The notes beneath the pieces were generated by a model that did no database searches, was not told the origin of the DNA, and worked only from the letters and a program-made list of their open reading frames with translations. A stretch of DNA of 64,000 nt from Callorhinchus milii (lineage: Eukaryota). Below, piece after piece: positions 52,337-64,000 of this stretch; the stretch's first letter is position 1; each line of letters opens with the position of its first letter. Position numbers and translations under genes: made by a program. The stretch covers positions 71,674,001-71,738,000 of the forward strand of contig NW_024704742.1 of NCBI RefSeq assembly GCF_018977255.1, read 5' to 3'.

Positions 52337-54112
52337 CTGGGGGTGAGAACCGGCAACAGCGATTAGCAGCCGCGCATTTCATGCTTCAATACTGCAACTT
52401 TGCAATATTACAACATCGTAATACTGCAACATTACAGTGGCAACACCTCAATGCCACCAACGCAATGCCTGAATAGCCATCACAATAGCAACATCGCAGC
52501 TACAGAGTCACAGTCACTACCGCAACACTGCAATCGCAATGTCCTCCGATCTGACCCAGTAGCTTTCTCACTGAGAGTCTGCCACTGGTGTCTAACCTCC
52601 CCTTTAAATCACTTTGCTTCTGATATTGCGCCTCATCACATGGTCAAAGCGCTTCACGGGATTCACTGTAAAGTGTAGTGATCGTGCATTCGTAGGCGAA
52701 CATGGCAGTCGATCTGCTCATCCTATCAAGTTGTTGTCAAACAGCCACGAGGTAAGCGAGTGAGTTGATTTGGCAGATTGTCGGCCAGAACATCGGAACT
52801 CTCTTTTCTTTCCCAACAGCGTCGATGGATCCTTAGCATTCATCTGAACAGGCACAGAAGGGAGCCCGGTTTAACACCTCATCCAGAGTGTAGTGAGTGA
52901 GTGTAGCGACTGTGGCTGAGACATCCAGATTTTTGGGAGGAATCAGCCGGGTGTCTCAAACATACGAAACCCATCACCATGTTTGAGTCTCCAAACCAAG
53001 CTGAGAATTCCATGCATCCCAGCTACACATGGAAATCCCAGAGAGAGATTGTTGGAATGAAATGTGCACTCTATTCTTGGAGGGACACATCCTGTTTACC
53101 TAATTCCGGAGAGTATTAGGCACAGGTTGGCAAGAGCCAAGGCTTGGGGACCCCAGAGTGTGTGTTGGGGTAACTGCTGGAATCTAACCGGCTCAGGCTC
53201 TCGCATTCTCAATCAGAGGGTCGTGGGTTCAAGCCGAAGTCGGGGACTCTGAGCTCACAGTCCAGGCTGACGCTCTAGTGCCGTGATGGGGGTAGAGAGA
53301 GCGCCTCAATGTCAGAGGTGCCGTCTTTCGAATGAGACATTAAACCTCACTCCCTGTTCGTGCAGCAGGCGGTAAAGACCCCGCGGAGCTGTTGGAAAAG
53401 AGAAGGGAGTTTCTCTCTCCTGGTGTCCCGGCCAATAATAAAATTAGTCATTCACTTCACTGCTGCAACAGCGGGATGTTGCTGTGCGCAAGTTGGCTTC
53501 TGCATTCATCCACAAAACAGTCACTACCCTTTACAGCAAATCCTGTGAAGCGCTTTGAGCAGTCTCTATGTTCTAGGTGATTAATCAATCGCAGAACTAT
53601 ACAATAATTAACATGACATTTCCAAACTCCCCCGCTGCTTGACTATTTATCCTATTTATCCCAGAATTCCAGATGAGACGTTAAGCCAAGGTCCCATCCG
53701 ACTGCTCAGGTGGATGTTAACGATCCCGTGGTGCTATTGGAAAAGAGAACAGAGTCTCTCTCTCCCGGTGTTCTGGCCGACAATTCCCCAGATAAAATTG
53801 GTCCCTCATTTCACGACTGTGGCACACTGCTGTGTGCAAACTGGCTGCTGTGTTTCACCCACAAAATACACAGTCACTACAGTTTACAATATATTCTGTG
53901 AAGCGCTTTGACAACTCTCAACAATCATAAATGCAAGGATTATTATTATTATTAGATTATATATTATTTTCCTAATCTATAATAAGACAAATGTAATATC
54001 GTCCACAAAATATACAGTCAATTCACTTTACAGTGTATTCAGTGAAGTGCTTTGCGATGTCTCGAAGATGTGATAATAATATTAATAATCCTTCCATTTC
54101 CTCTCTCCCCAG

Positions 54113-54388
54113 GTCTTTGCTAAACTGTTCAGTCACGACGCATTGCAGAGTTACCTTCCGAAGATCCAGCAGGTAATCCGGGATGGAATCCGAGATTGGA
54201 GCAGCAGTGAGGAGCCCATCGTGGTTTATCAGGAAGCTAAGAAGCTGACGTTCCGGATTGCCGTGCGTGTGCTCCTAGGTTTCCAGGTCTCTGAGGAGGA
54301 CCTCAGCCTCCTCTCCAGCAACTTCGAGCAACTCGTTGCTAATCTCTTCTCCTTACCCCTCAACCTTCCCTTCAGTGGGTACAGGAAG
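54113..54388 (+). CDS. cyp26b1: CYP26B-type cytochrome P450, exon 3, inverted relative to exons 4-6
   Basis: 276 bp open frame [25 protein letters not shown]...[13 protein letters not shown]...[16 protein letters not shown]. Acceptor ctctctccccAG ends at 54112, donor GTACGC starts at 54389, phase 0; same length as vertebrate CYP26B1 exon 3. Confidence 0.9.
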
Positions 54389-54404
54389 GTACGCCGTAAT
54401 CACG

Positions 54405-54810
54405 ATAATAATAATAATAATTACAATAATAAAAGCAGTAAAATTGATAATAATAATAATAAAAGTAATAGTAATAACAATAAGACTTATAATAATAAAA
54501 AATTATAATTGTTATAATTATTAACGGTGATAATGATTAATATAAAATAATTAATAACCCATAATAATGATAATAATTATTATATTCTGTGAAGCGCTTT
54601 GAGACTCTTCGAAGACAGGATAAGGTGCTATATCAAATGTAAGGATTATTATTAAACATTATTATATATTCAATAACATGGGTTATTAAATATTATTATT
54701 ACCATATTATTTATGATTGTAATATTTATAGTGATTTTAATAATATTTATTTTAATCATGATTAATAATTCTAATAGTGATTATAATATAATAATTAATA
54801 ATAATCCTTG
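54405..54810 (+). repeat. AT-rich (AAT/ATT) low-complexity tract directly after exon 3
   Basis: Degenerate AAT repeats interleaved with SINE tails. Confidence 0.85.
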
Positions 54811-55734
54811 TATTTGATATAGTGCATTATCATGTCATTGAGACTTTTCAAAGCGATTCACAGGATATATTGTAAACTGAAGTAACCGTATTTTATGGGA
54901 AAAACATGGCAGCCAATTCTGCACAGCAAACAGTCGTGAATTGAGTGACCGAATATATAAAACATTTTTGGAGGTATTATTACCCCCGGAAAGCGATCCA
55001 CCAATTGGTTAACAACTGGGTTCCTACTTACTGCTGGGTAAACAGAGGCCTGTGGAGTAAGGAAAGTTTAGGGTTTGGTTTGAATGGTTAATATTCACTT
55101 CCCGACTGTTTGCGGGATATTGCTGTGTGTAAATTACATCTGTATGTAGATTTCCTCGGTTTCCTCAGCATTTTCAGAATGTCCAGAGTTTATAACATAA
55201 TAATAATCGTTCCATTGACATAGCGACTTATCATGTCAAAGCGCTTCACAGAATATACTGTATAGTGACTGTGTATTTTGTGGGTGAAACAGGGCAGGCA
55301 ATTGCACACAGCAGTGTCCCACAAACAGTCATGGATTGAGTGACCAAATTATTAATATTATTTTTTTGTTTATTTGGGAAATTCTTGAACATGACCTGAA
55401 TTTTGAAGCATTCCTTTTTAAGAAACGACAGGAAACTGGCCTCAGAGTTAAGAATGAATTCTGTTCGTTTGGCACAAACACTGCGGAGTGCTGAGAGAAT
55501 AAGAGTGAATCTGACTCATATCGGCAGGACTTGGAAGGGCAGATCAGTCACTGGGGGCAGGGAAACCTCCTACTCAGCTCCTGTTAACCCTACAAACGAA
55601 AGCTTGAACGGGCTGCGAGCTGGACAAGCAGCGGGAAAGCTTGCCAGACAGTGGTCTCAATGGCAAGTTACTTGGTTTTAGTTCCATGTGTAAGCGACAA
55701 ACACAGATGAAACTCTGGTTTGGACAATCTTAAG

Positions 55735-55920
55735 CACAGTGATGGGTTTCCGCATGTGTTCGACACCCGGCTGATCACAGTGATGGGTTTCTGTGTATAT
55801 CAGACACCCGGCTGATCACGGTGACAGATTCTGTGTGTGTCAGACACCCGACTGATCTCAATGACAGGTTTCTGTGTGTGTCAGACACCCGGCTGATCAT
55901 AGTGATGAGTTTCTGTGCTG
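55735..55920 (+). repeat. ~41-bp tandem repeat (about 4.5 units) derived from the end of the unclassified repeat
   Basis: Unit cacagtgatgggtttc..gtgt.cagacacccggctgat starting at 55735, 55776, 55817, ~55857, ~55898. Confidence 0.9.
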
Positions 55921-58900
55921 ACCTGATGGATGTCCTCTCGGACGTCAGTCTCAGCTCTGGGCACAACAGAATGAACTTTCACGTCAGGATGTGTTTCAAA
56001 ATACTAATTCTCAGCTGTAGGTGACATACGTTCAACTCTTTGTCTTGTTTGGAGACTCTTAAACAAAGTGATGGATTTCTACTTGTGTCAGACATCCAGC
56101 TGATCCAAAAAATTATTCAGTGTATAAACCCCATTAACTCCAAGGTTAGATTGCAGCTGGTAACTCACTTCCTGGATTCAAAATAATAATAATTTTACAT
56201 TTAATACAGTGCCTTTCACATCGAGAGGATGTCTCAAAGCGCTTCACAGGACTTCATTGTAAAGTGTGTGTTTGTGGGTGAACGCAGCAACTAATTTGTA
56301 CACAGCAACGTCCCACAAACAGCCATGAAGTGACCAATTTTTGGGGGGGATTGTTGGCCTCGACACCAGACAGAGAGAAACTCCCTTCTCTTTTTCCAAT
56401 AGTGCCATGGGATCTTTAACATCCACCTGAACAGGCAGACGGGACCTTGGTTTAACATCTCAGGACATTAGTGTGTGAGAAACATTGCGTCTCTGTGTTC
56501 AAGATGTCTCTGCGTGCGGACCACCCTCTGTGTTGGCGTCCGTGACAACATTCCTCCCATCGCCCACCCCCCCCCACACACACACACATATACACACCAA
56601 CTCATGCACTTCCACGTTCCCGCTACTTATTTTACGCATAAGAAACAGAGACATTTTGTGAATTGATCGTGGGCGGGGGAGTGGGGGGGAAACGGTTATA
56701 AACCAGAACGGGAGACTCGAGAGGTCACTCACAGCGACAAGCCCACACTGCGCAGCGCGGTGGGATGGGGATGGGTGCGGGCGGGCGCGTGGAGTGGGGG
56801 GGGGTGGATTGAAAATCTGACTGCGAACCACATGAAAGGGGAGCGACCAGCTGTAACTTGTTTTTTTTTATCATATTGTGTCGGTAAAAGGAGCAGGCTG
56901 TTCCCCTGTCGAGCGTCAGATAAAAAGGGCGAGAGTGGGAAGCCCATGGGAATACATCTTGGTGGCGACTGTTACAGTTCTTGGCTGTCAGGGCCGGGAA
57001 TTAATGGGGGTTTGATGACAGGATTTTTGACAGCCACACAAAAGAGGTGTCAGCGAGGACGACACAAGACATTAGAAGAATGATTCTCCTCTCCCTTGGT
57101 TTCAGTGTCTGCGCTGTCATCCGTCTGCCAATCTCCCAGTCGCTGCTTATCTAAAGAGCCATTTATCCTCCTCTTTCCCACAGGCTTTGCCAGATCGGGA
57201 CCTGTGCCTGGATTTCGTGACGATACCCTGCAACTGGCCTTCATTAACTTGAGACAAGTATGACTTTGTGGGTTTTTTTTTTTGTCGCTCGAACTGACAT
57301 TCGGACACCGAATGTCCGAATGGTCGGGAGAGGGAGGTGTGTGAGAGTGTGTGAGTGAGTGTGCACGAGTGTGTGTGTGTGTGTATAAGCGTGTGTTCAA
57401 TTGACACTTTTAGGTTTGGTAAGAGGTGTTATTCGGATGAAACGTTAAACCAAGCTCCCATCTGTGCCTGTTGCCCAGGGCTGTTTGCTGTGCTCAAATT
57501 GGCTGCCGTGTTCTCCTACAAAGCACACAGTCACTGCACTTTACAGTACATCCTGTGAAGCGCTTTGGGACATCTTCCCAATGTGAAAGACATAATATCA
57601 AATGCAAGGATTATTTTTATTGTTGTTATGTATCACGATTCACTTTGGCACAGCAAAGTCCCACAACAGCCATGAAGTGAGTGACCAATTTTTTCTGGGG
57701 ATTGTTGGTCAGTCCACAGGGAGAGAGAAACTCCATTCTCTTTTCCAACAGCCCCGCGGGATCTTTAACATCCACCAGAACAGGCACGGACGGGATTTTG
57801 GTTTAACCTCTCATCCAAAGGATGTCTCCACTGACTGTGGTACTCCCCACAGCACTGCAATGGAACGTCAGCCTGGATCGTGAGCTCAGAGTCTCAAAAT
57901 GGGGCTTAAACCCACAGCCTTCTGGCTCAGAAACAAGAGCGCAAGAGACTGAGCCAGGCTGATATCAAAAACCTTAAAAGGGATATACGGAAAAAAACAG
58001 CTTTGAAATCAAGGCCATGTTGAAGAATTTATTAATTGTAAAATGCTGAGAAAATAGAGTAAATGTGGAGCCAGGAGGGGTTTGTGCCCAGGTCAAATTC
58101 TAGCCTGAAATTTAGGCTGGGAATTCAAGACAGCGTCTGCTCACCCTGTGCGAAGGCTTTAGGTTCAAAATAAGGCAGCATAGAATTATGGGATGTTTCT
58201 TAATTTTTAAACCTAGGACAACTTCAACTTGTATTTACACAGCAGCTTAATTCAGGACAGCGTCTCGGAGCATGGGGCAGGGCAGAGTTGGATGGGAAGG
58301 CGGGGGAAAGGGGGAGGTAACTATAGGCACCTGATGATGGAGTATTAACATTTCAAAAACTGGATTGAGGCTGAAGTCTAATAGTTTAAAATAATAATCT
58401 TATGTTTGAAATAACGCCTTTCATGTCTGGAGGACGTCTCAAAAGCGCTTGCTTCACAGGAAATACGGTAAAGTGTAGTGACTGAAGAGAGATTTTCTCC
58501 TGGTGTCCTGGCCGACAAAACCCCAGATAAAATTACCCGCTCACTTCACAACTGTTTGTGGGACACTGCTGTTCACAAATTGGCTGCCACATTCACCCAT
58601 AAAATACACAGTCACTGCACTTTACAGTAAACCGTGTGAAGCCTCCTCCTGACATGAAAGGCGCTGTAGGGAAGGATTATGATTATACTTGTGGAGTCCT
58701 GTAGTGTAGTGGTTAGAGCACTTGCCTCACAAGCAAGAGTAGGTTTGATTCCCAGCCAGGGTGAAATCTTAGATAAATTTCCTTACTTCACACGCTTCAG
58801 TTTATCTAGCAGTAAGTAGGTACCTGGTTAGTTGGTTCCTACAGTAGTGTGGCCCCCGGGGTGTGATTGGCGTATCGCTTTTCTGGGATAATAATCCCTT

Positions 58901-58974
58901 CCAAACAAAAGTTTAATCAATGATCACTCAATTCACGACTGTTTGTGGGACACTGCTGTGCGCAATTGCTGCCG

Positions 58975-58999
58975 NNNNNNNNNNNNNNNNNNNNNNNNN
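58975..58999. other. Assembly gap (25 N)
   Basis: Run of n characters. Confidence 1.
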
Positions 59000-59425
59000 G
59001 GTTAGATTCCAGCAGTTACCCCAACACACACTCTGGGGTCCCCAAGCCTTGGCTCTTGCCAACCTGTGCCTAATACTCTCCGGAATTAGGTAAACAGGAT
59101 GTCCCCTCCAGGGAGACCGCGAGAGAGAGCACAATCCATCCCAACAATCTTTCTCTGGGATTTCCATGTGTAAGCGACAAACACAGATGAAACTCTGGTT
59201 TGGACAATCTTAAGCACAGTGATGGGTTTCCGCATGTGTTAGACACCCGGCTGATTCCTCCCAAAAATCTGGATGTCTCAGCCACAGTCGCTACACTCAC
59301 TCACTACACTCTGGATGAGGTGTTAAACCGGGCTCCCTTCTGTGCCTGTTCAGATGAATGCTAAGGATCCATCGACGCTGTTGGGAAAGAAAAGAGAGTT
59401 CCGATGTTCTGGCCGACAATCTGCC
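59000..59425 (-). repeat. Inverted near-duplicate of 52772-53189 with a mosaic centre
   Basis: 59241-59425 is the exact reverse complement of 52772-52956. 59000-59102 is the exact reverse complement of 53087-53189. 59162-59255 is a direct copy of 55682-55775 with one mismatch. Confidence 0.95.
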
Positions 59426-60794
59426 GCGTTTTGCCCACAAAATACAGTCAGTTCACTTTACAGTATAAGAATAAGAATAATCCTTGCATTTGATATAGTG
59501 CTTTTCACGTTTTCTCGACATCTCAAAGTGCTTCACAGAATATACTGTAAAATGATTGACTGTATATTTGTGGGTGAAGCGTGGCAGCCAATTGCTCACA
59601 GCAGTGTCCCACAAACAGTCGTGGATTGAAGTGACCAATTCATTATTTCTTTTTCTTGAGTGACTATTATCAGGCATGAGGAGTAACGAAACTTGCCCAA
59701 GGTTTCGCCCTGCTGGGAATCGATCCCAGGTCTCTCGCCTGCGAGGCGGCTGCTCTGATCACTGAGCTACAGGACTCCTATGTTCTGTGAAATACTTTGA
59801 GACGATGTGATGAGGTGCTACATCAAATGCTAGGAAGGAAGAAAGAAAGAGCCATAAAATGATTGACCAAATTTCAGTCCCCAGAGGGGATGTCGGAGGT
59901 GGCGAGGGGGCGAGGGCGGCTGGGTGGGGGATAAAGTGCTGATCCCCAGCGTGTTGTAGCCATGTGGCTAGTGTGGCCCCTGGGGTGTGACAGGGAGCAG
60001 GTGTTTCCCGGGCAGGTCAGAGCCCGCCTGCCAGGAGCACCTTTGTTCATGTGGGATAAAGCCCCACAGGGAGCGAGGCAGGGAGGGAGGGTAAAGGAAA
60101 AGAATTCCTGCACATCCCTCCCCCCCCCCCCCCCCCCGTGGGCCAACACTCGCTGTCAAAGACTGAGCTCTGTTGACTGACCTGCTCACACCCCCCCACC
60201 CCCCCACCCCAGGAGGTGCCTATTGTGGCACACTCACAGTCACTCAGACAGGTACTCCACAAGACCTCTCTCTTTCTTTCTCGCTCTCTTCCCCCCCGCT
60301 TGCCAGTGGGGGCGGGGGTGAGTGAATGAGACGGCGTTTCAGGGCAGCTATGTATTGGGGGGGGGGGTTAGCTCTCTCTGGGGGAGGGGCGCGTCCAGGA
60401 CAAAAAGCACCCGCTCAGCGCCTGTCATCTTTTCAGGATGAAGATGGATGGGGCTGGTTCACAGCGCTGAATGGGGCTCGGGCTCACTGACTGCTGATCT
60501 GAGCTCGACACCACACGTGTGTGTGTGTGTGTGTGAGAGAGAGAGTGTATGAGATAATGTGTGTGAGAGAGTGTGACTGTGTGTGCGTTTGAGAGAAAAA
60601 GAGAGAGACAGTGCGTGTGGAGAGAGTGTGTGTGTGAGAGAGACTGTGTGTGTGTGACAGTGTGTGAGAGTGTGTGTGTGACAGAGAGAGTGCATGTGAA
60701 AGAGTATGTGTGTCGGAGTGTGTGAGTGAGACAGTGTGTGTTTGTGTGTGAGAGAGTGTGTGTACGTGTGTGAGAGAGTGTGTGTGTGTGTTTG

Positions 60795-61400
60795 TACTAC
60801 AACTACTACAAATTGCATTAACACAGGTTTTCACGTGAGGGGGTCGTGCCAAGGGGTTGGATAGTCCAGCACTTGCACCCGAGTTGGGGGTGGTGGAGGG
60901 TGGGGAAGGGGGGAAGATGATCAAAGGTGCAGTCAAAGAGGAAGGCCTTGAGATGGACCTTGAAGCAGTCATGGGAGGGGGGATGAGGTGGAGGAGCTTC
61001 GGGATGGAGTTCCCGAAGATGGGGACAGAAAGACTGAAGGCCAGACCACCGATTGTGGTGCGGGCAGGGGACAAGGAGCAGGCCAGTAGCCCGTCGAGTG
61101 GAGGGAGAAGGCAGGTTGGTATCATTTTAGTAGGTCACAGAGGTAAGGAGGAGCAAGTACATGGAGGATTTTGAAAGTTAGGACGAGGATCTTGAACTCG
61201 AACCACTGAGTGATGGGGAGCCAGTAACGCCTGGGCGAAGATGGGGGTGATCGACTCATGGAGCTTAGTACGGTAGAGGACACAAGCTGAATAATCTGCA
61301 GCTTGTGGAGATAAGAGTTGGGAAGTCAAGTGAACAGAAAGTTGTCGTAGTAAAGCCTGGACATGATAAAAGCTTGGGTGAGGGTCTCAGTGGTCTGAAA
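60795..61400 (-). mobile_element. L2-clade LINE 3' fragment
   Basis: Degenerate RTKLHESITP..TTIGGLAFS.. segment plus L2-type tail. Confidence 0.75.
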
Positions 61401-61890
61401 GGACAGTGGGAGTCAAACAAAACCAAAGTTCTCTACTGGCTCCGTGAGGTGGAGAGTGCATCCGTGTAGAGTGATCCTGTCAGTGCATGAAATGAGAAGT
61501 TGTTGACGAGAACCAATAATAATAATCCTTGCATTTCATACAGTGCTTTATCATGTTGTTGAGATGTCTCAAATCGCTTCACAGAATATACTATAAAGTG
61601 GAGTGACTGCGTGTTTAGGGGGCGAAAACAGGAGAAATTCTGTCTTGTATTAGTGAATATCTGTATGTATGAGTGTGTATATCTGTGTGTGTGAATCTCT
61701 CTTGCACATCCGCACACATCCACACCTACAATAAATAATCACTGTGTTTGATAGAGCAGCTACAATGTCAATGTGCTGCACAAGGAATCACAGTTAAGTG
61801 TAGTGACTGCTTATTTTGTAGGTGAACATTGCAGTCATTTTGCACCACTCAACTTGCTTCGACAATGCTGCTCTGATATACACTGATATT

Positions 61891-62009
61891 CACACTGATA
61901 TACTATACACACTGATATACTATACACACTGATATACTATACACACTGATATACTATACACACTGATATACTATACACACTGATATACTATACACACTGA
62001 TATACTATA
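61891..62009 (+). repeat. 17-bp minisatellite, 7 perfect copies
   Basis: Unit CACACTGATATACTATA. Confidence 0.95.
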
Positions 62010-64000
62010 ATAATAATAATACTTGCATTTGATATAGCGCTTTTCACATCTTCTAGACATCTCACCGTGCTTTACAGTTGGGCACAGCAGGTCCCACGAA
62101 CAGTCGTGGATTGAGTGAGCACATTTTTTTTATTGTTTTTTTTTGAAGGGATTATTACCCCCCAAAAAGCGATCTGCCAATCAACTAACAATCGGGTTCC
62201 TCTTACTGCTGGATGAACACAGGCCATAGTTTCACCGTGCCCGGGAGTTGAACTTGGGTCTCTCATTTGCCAGGTGCTGTCAATTGGCTGCCGCATTTCA
62301 CCCACAGTCAATTCACTTTACAGTATATTCTGTGAAACGCTTTGAGATGTCTCAACGATGTGATAAGCCACTATATCAAATGCAAGGATTATTATTATTC
62401 ACTCTCATATACTCTGGTATACCCACACACTTACACACGCACTGTGTCTCACACGGATACGCATATTCTTTCATACTCACATGCTGTCTCACACATACCC
62501 TGTCACACACATATGTTTTCTCACACAAAAACGTTCTCTCCCACGCACCACACACACACACAGACACGTTTTTCTCACACACGTTCTCTCACACACGCAC
62601 ACACGTTCTCACGCAACACACACACATTCTCTCACACAATTTCTCTTTCATGCATACAGTCTCACACATACTTTCTCCCACTTATACTCTCTCAGGTGGT
62701 GACCGGTGTCTCCTCTCAGTGAGGGGAGGGTGTGTATTTGCAGAGAGAGCAGCTCTGTCACACCCTGTATTAAGGATATGAAACAGCCTACAGTGGAAGT
62801 TGTGCTTTGTTTGGGAACCTGTAGGATTACAGGCGGGTTAATCGTGCGGTTTAGAAGCGCTTAGCGACAGTTCAGTTGCTAGAATCGGATAGTTGAGGAA
62901 TAATGAAGTGTTAATCTGATCTGTTTATAGGGACACCCTGCCTCCGAGGCCAGACACCGCATTCCACCCAATCTCAGCCAGTCTGTCTATCCTCCAGTCT
63001 CAACTTCCCCCACGCGCCCCGCCCCCATCTCAGCCAGACTCAGCCTCACCCGTGCAGTCTCTGTCTGTCAGTCTGTCTGTCTCCCAGTCTCAATCCCCTC
63101 ACCCCCCCCTCATAGCCAGTCTCAGTCTCAGTTGCCAGCCCATTCTCAACAACAACAAGTTGCATGTGTACTGTGCCTTTAGGAGTCGAGTATGTGCACC
63201 TGAGCTGGGGGTTAGGATCAGGAGGATGGAGGGCAGGAAGGGTACGGGTAAGAGGGTGACCAAAAGCACTATCGAAGAGAAGGGTCTTGAGACAGGTCTT
63301 GAAGAAGGCAATCGAGGGGGTGAGCAGAGGGGCTCTGGGATGGAGTTCCAAAGAGCAGGGGGCAGAGAGGCTGAAGGCCCGCCCGCCAATGGTGGGGCGG
63401 GTATGGCGGGTGACGTGGAGCAGGCGGCAGGAGCCTGCTGAGCGGAGGGAGAGGACAGGTTGATATGGACTGTCAAAAGTGAATGAGATACATATCTAAA
63501 AAGGAGCAGGCTACAGGGTGTGAGGAAAGGGCAGGGAAATGGAACAGACACCATGGGCCGAATGACCATCTTCCATGCTGTAAATTTCTAGAGTTCTGTC
63601 CTCACTAAACTGTGAGACATTTTTCTATCGAGTATTGATTTAGAAGTTGGTTTTCGTTTTTAGGACTAAGAAAAATGGCTTCCTACATTGGGAACATGTG
63701 CAGCGCAGAGCTGAAAAGTGGGCTTCGTGAGGCATCAATTATCACATAATATCTCTCGCTCGTGATACACAGTCTTTAACTCAATAAACCACAAAATGCT
63801 TCACAGGATTCACTGCAAATTGCAGTGACTGTGTGTTTTGTGGGTGAATGCAGCAGCACAGCAACATCTCACAAACAGCCGTGAAGTGAGACTTATTGTA
63901 TCTGGGGGATTGTCGGCCAGGAAACCTCTTTTCTAACGGCCGCATGGGATCTTTTAACATCTGCCTGGACATGCACAGATGGGGACAGCCTAGCAAGCAC

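Noticed and set aside
54113..54388. A separate plus-strand CYP26 paralog, or opposite-strand trans-splicing
   Set aside because: No other plus-strand CYP26 exons, promoter or poly(A) context are visible, and the split repeat and adjacent gap give a simpler inversion or misassembly explanation. Not strictly excluded without reads.
54389..54508. Asn/Lys-rich extension of ORF 54143-54508
   Set aside because: Read-through past the GT donor at 54389 into an AT-rich intronic repeat.
55735..55920. Regularly spaced ~41-bp repeats resembling a CRISPR array
   Set aside because: Head-to-tail degenerate tandem units without unique spacers, in vertebrate DNA with no cas genes.

Overview
Eukaryotic, repeat-dense vertebrate genomic DNA. 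The SINE, L2 and CR1 families look chondrichthyan, probably holocephalan (inference). The only host protein-coding gene I can support is the 3' part of a retinoic-acid-degrading cytochrome P450 of the CYP26B type: exons 4, 5 and 6 lie on the minus strand (52181-52336, 49588-49869, 47676-48071). The matching 276-bp exon 3 (54113-54388) is intact with GT-AG splice sites but lies on the opposite (+) strand. It sits inside a ~2.5-kb segment (53190-55683) whose ends split one repeat element. A mosaic inverted duplicate of the left junction sits next to a 25-N gap (58975-58999). This is either an inversion allele or a local misassembly. Exons 1-2 were not found in the window. The ~47 kb downstream of the gene holds no other gene that I can see. 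It is filled with tRNA-derived SINEs, DeuSINEs, L2 and CR1 fragments, a Dong/R4-like fragment in a (TAA)n tract and microsatellites. Unique islands within it carry candidate retinoic-acid response elements (perfect DR5 at 6594-6610, perfect DR2 at 3291-3304). Repeat boundaries are approximate and read by eye.
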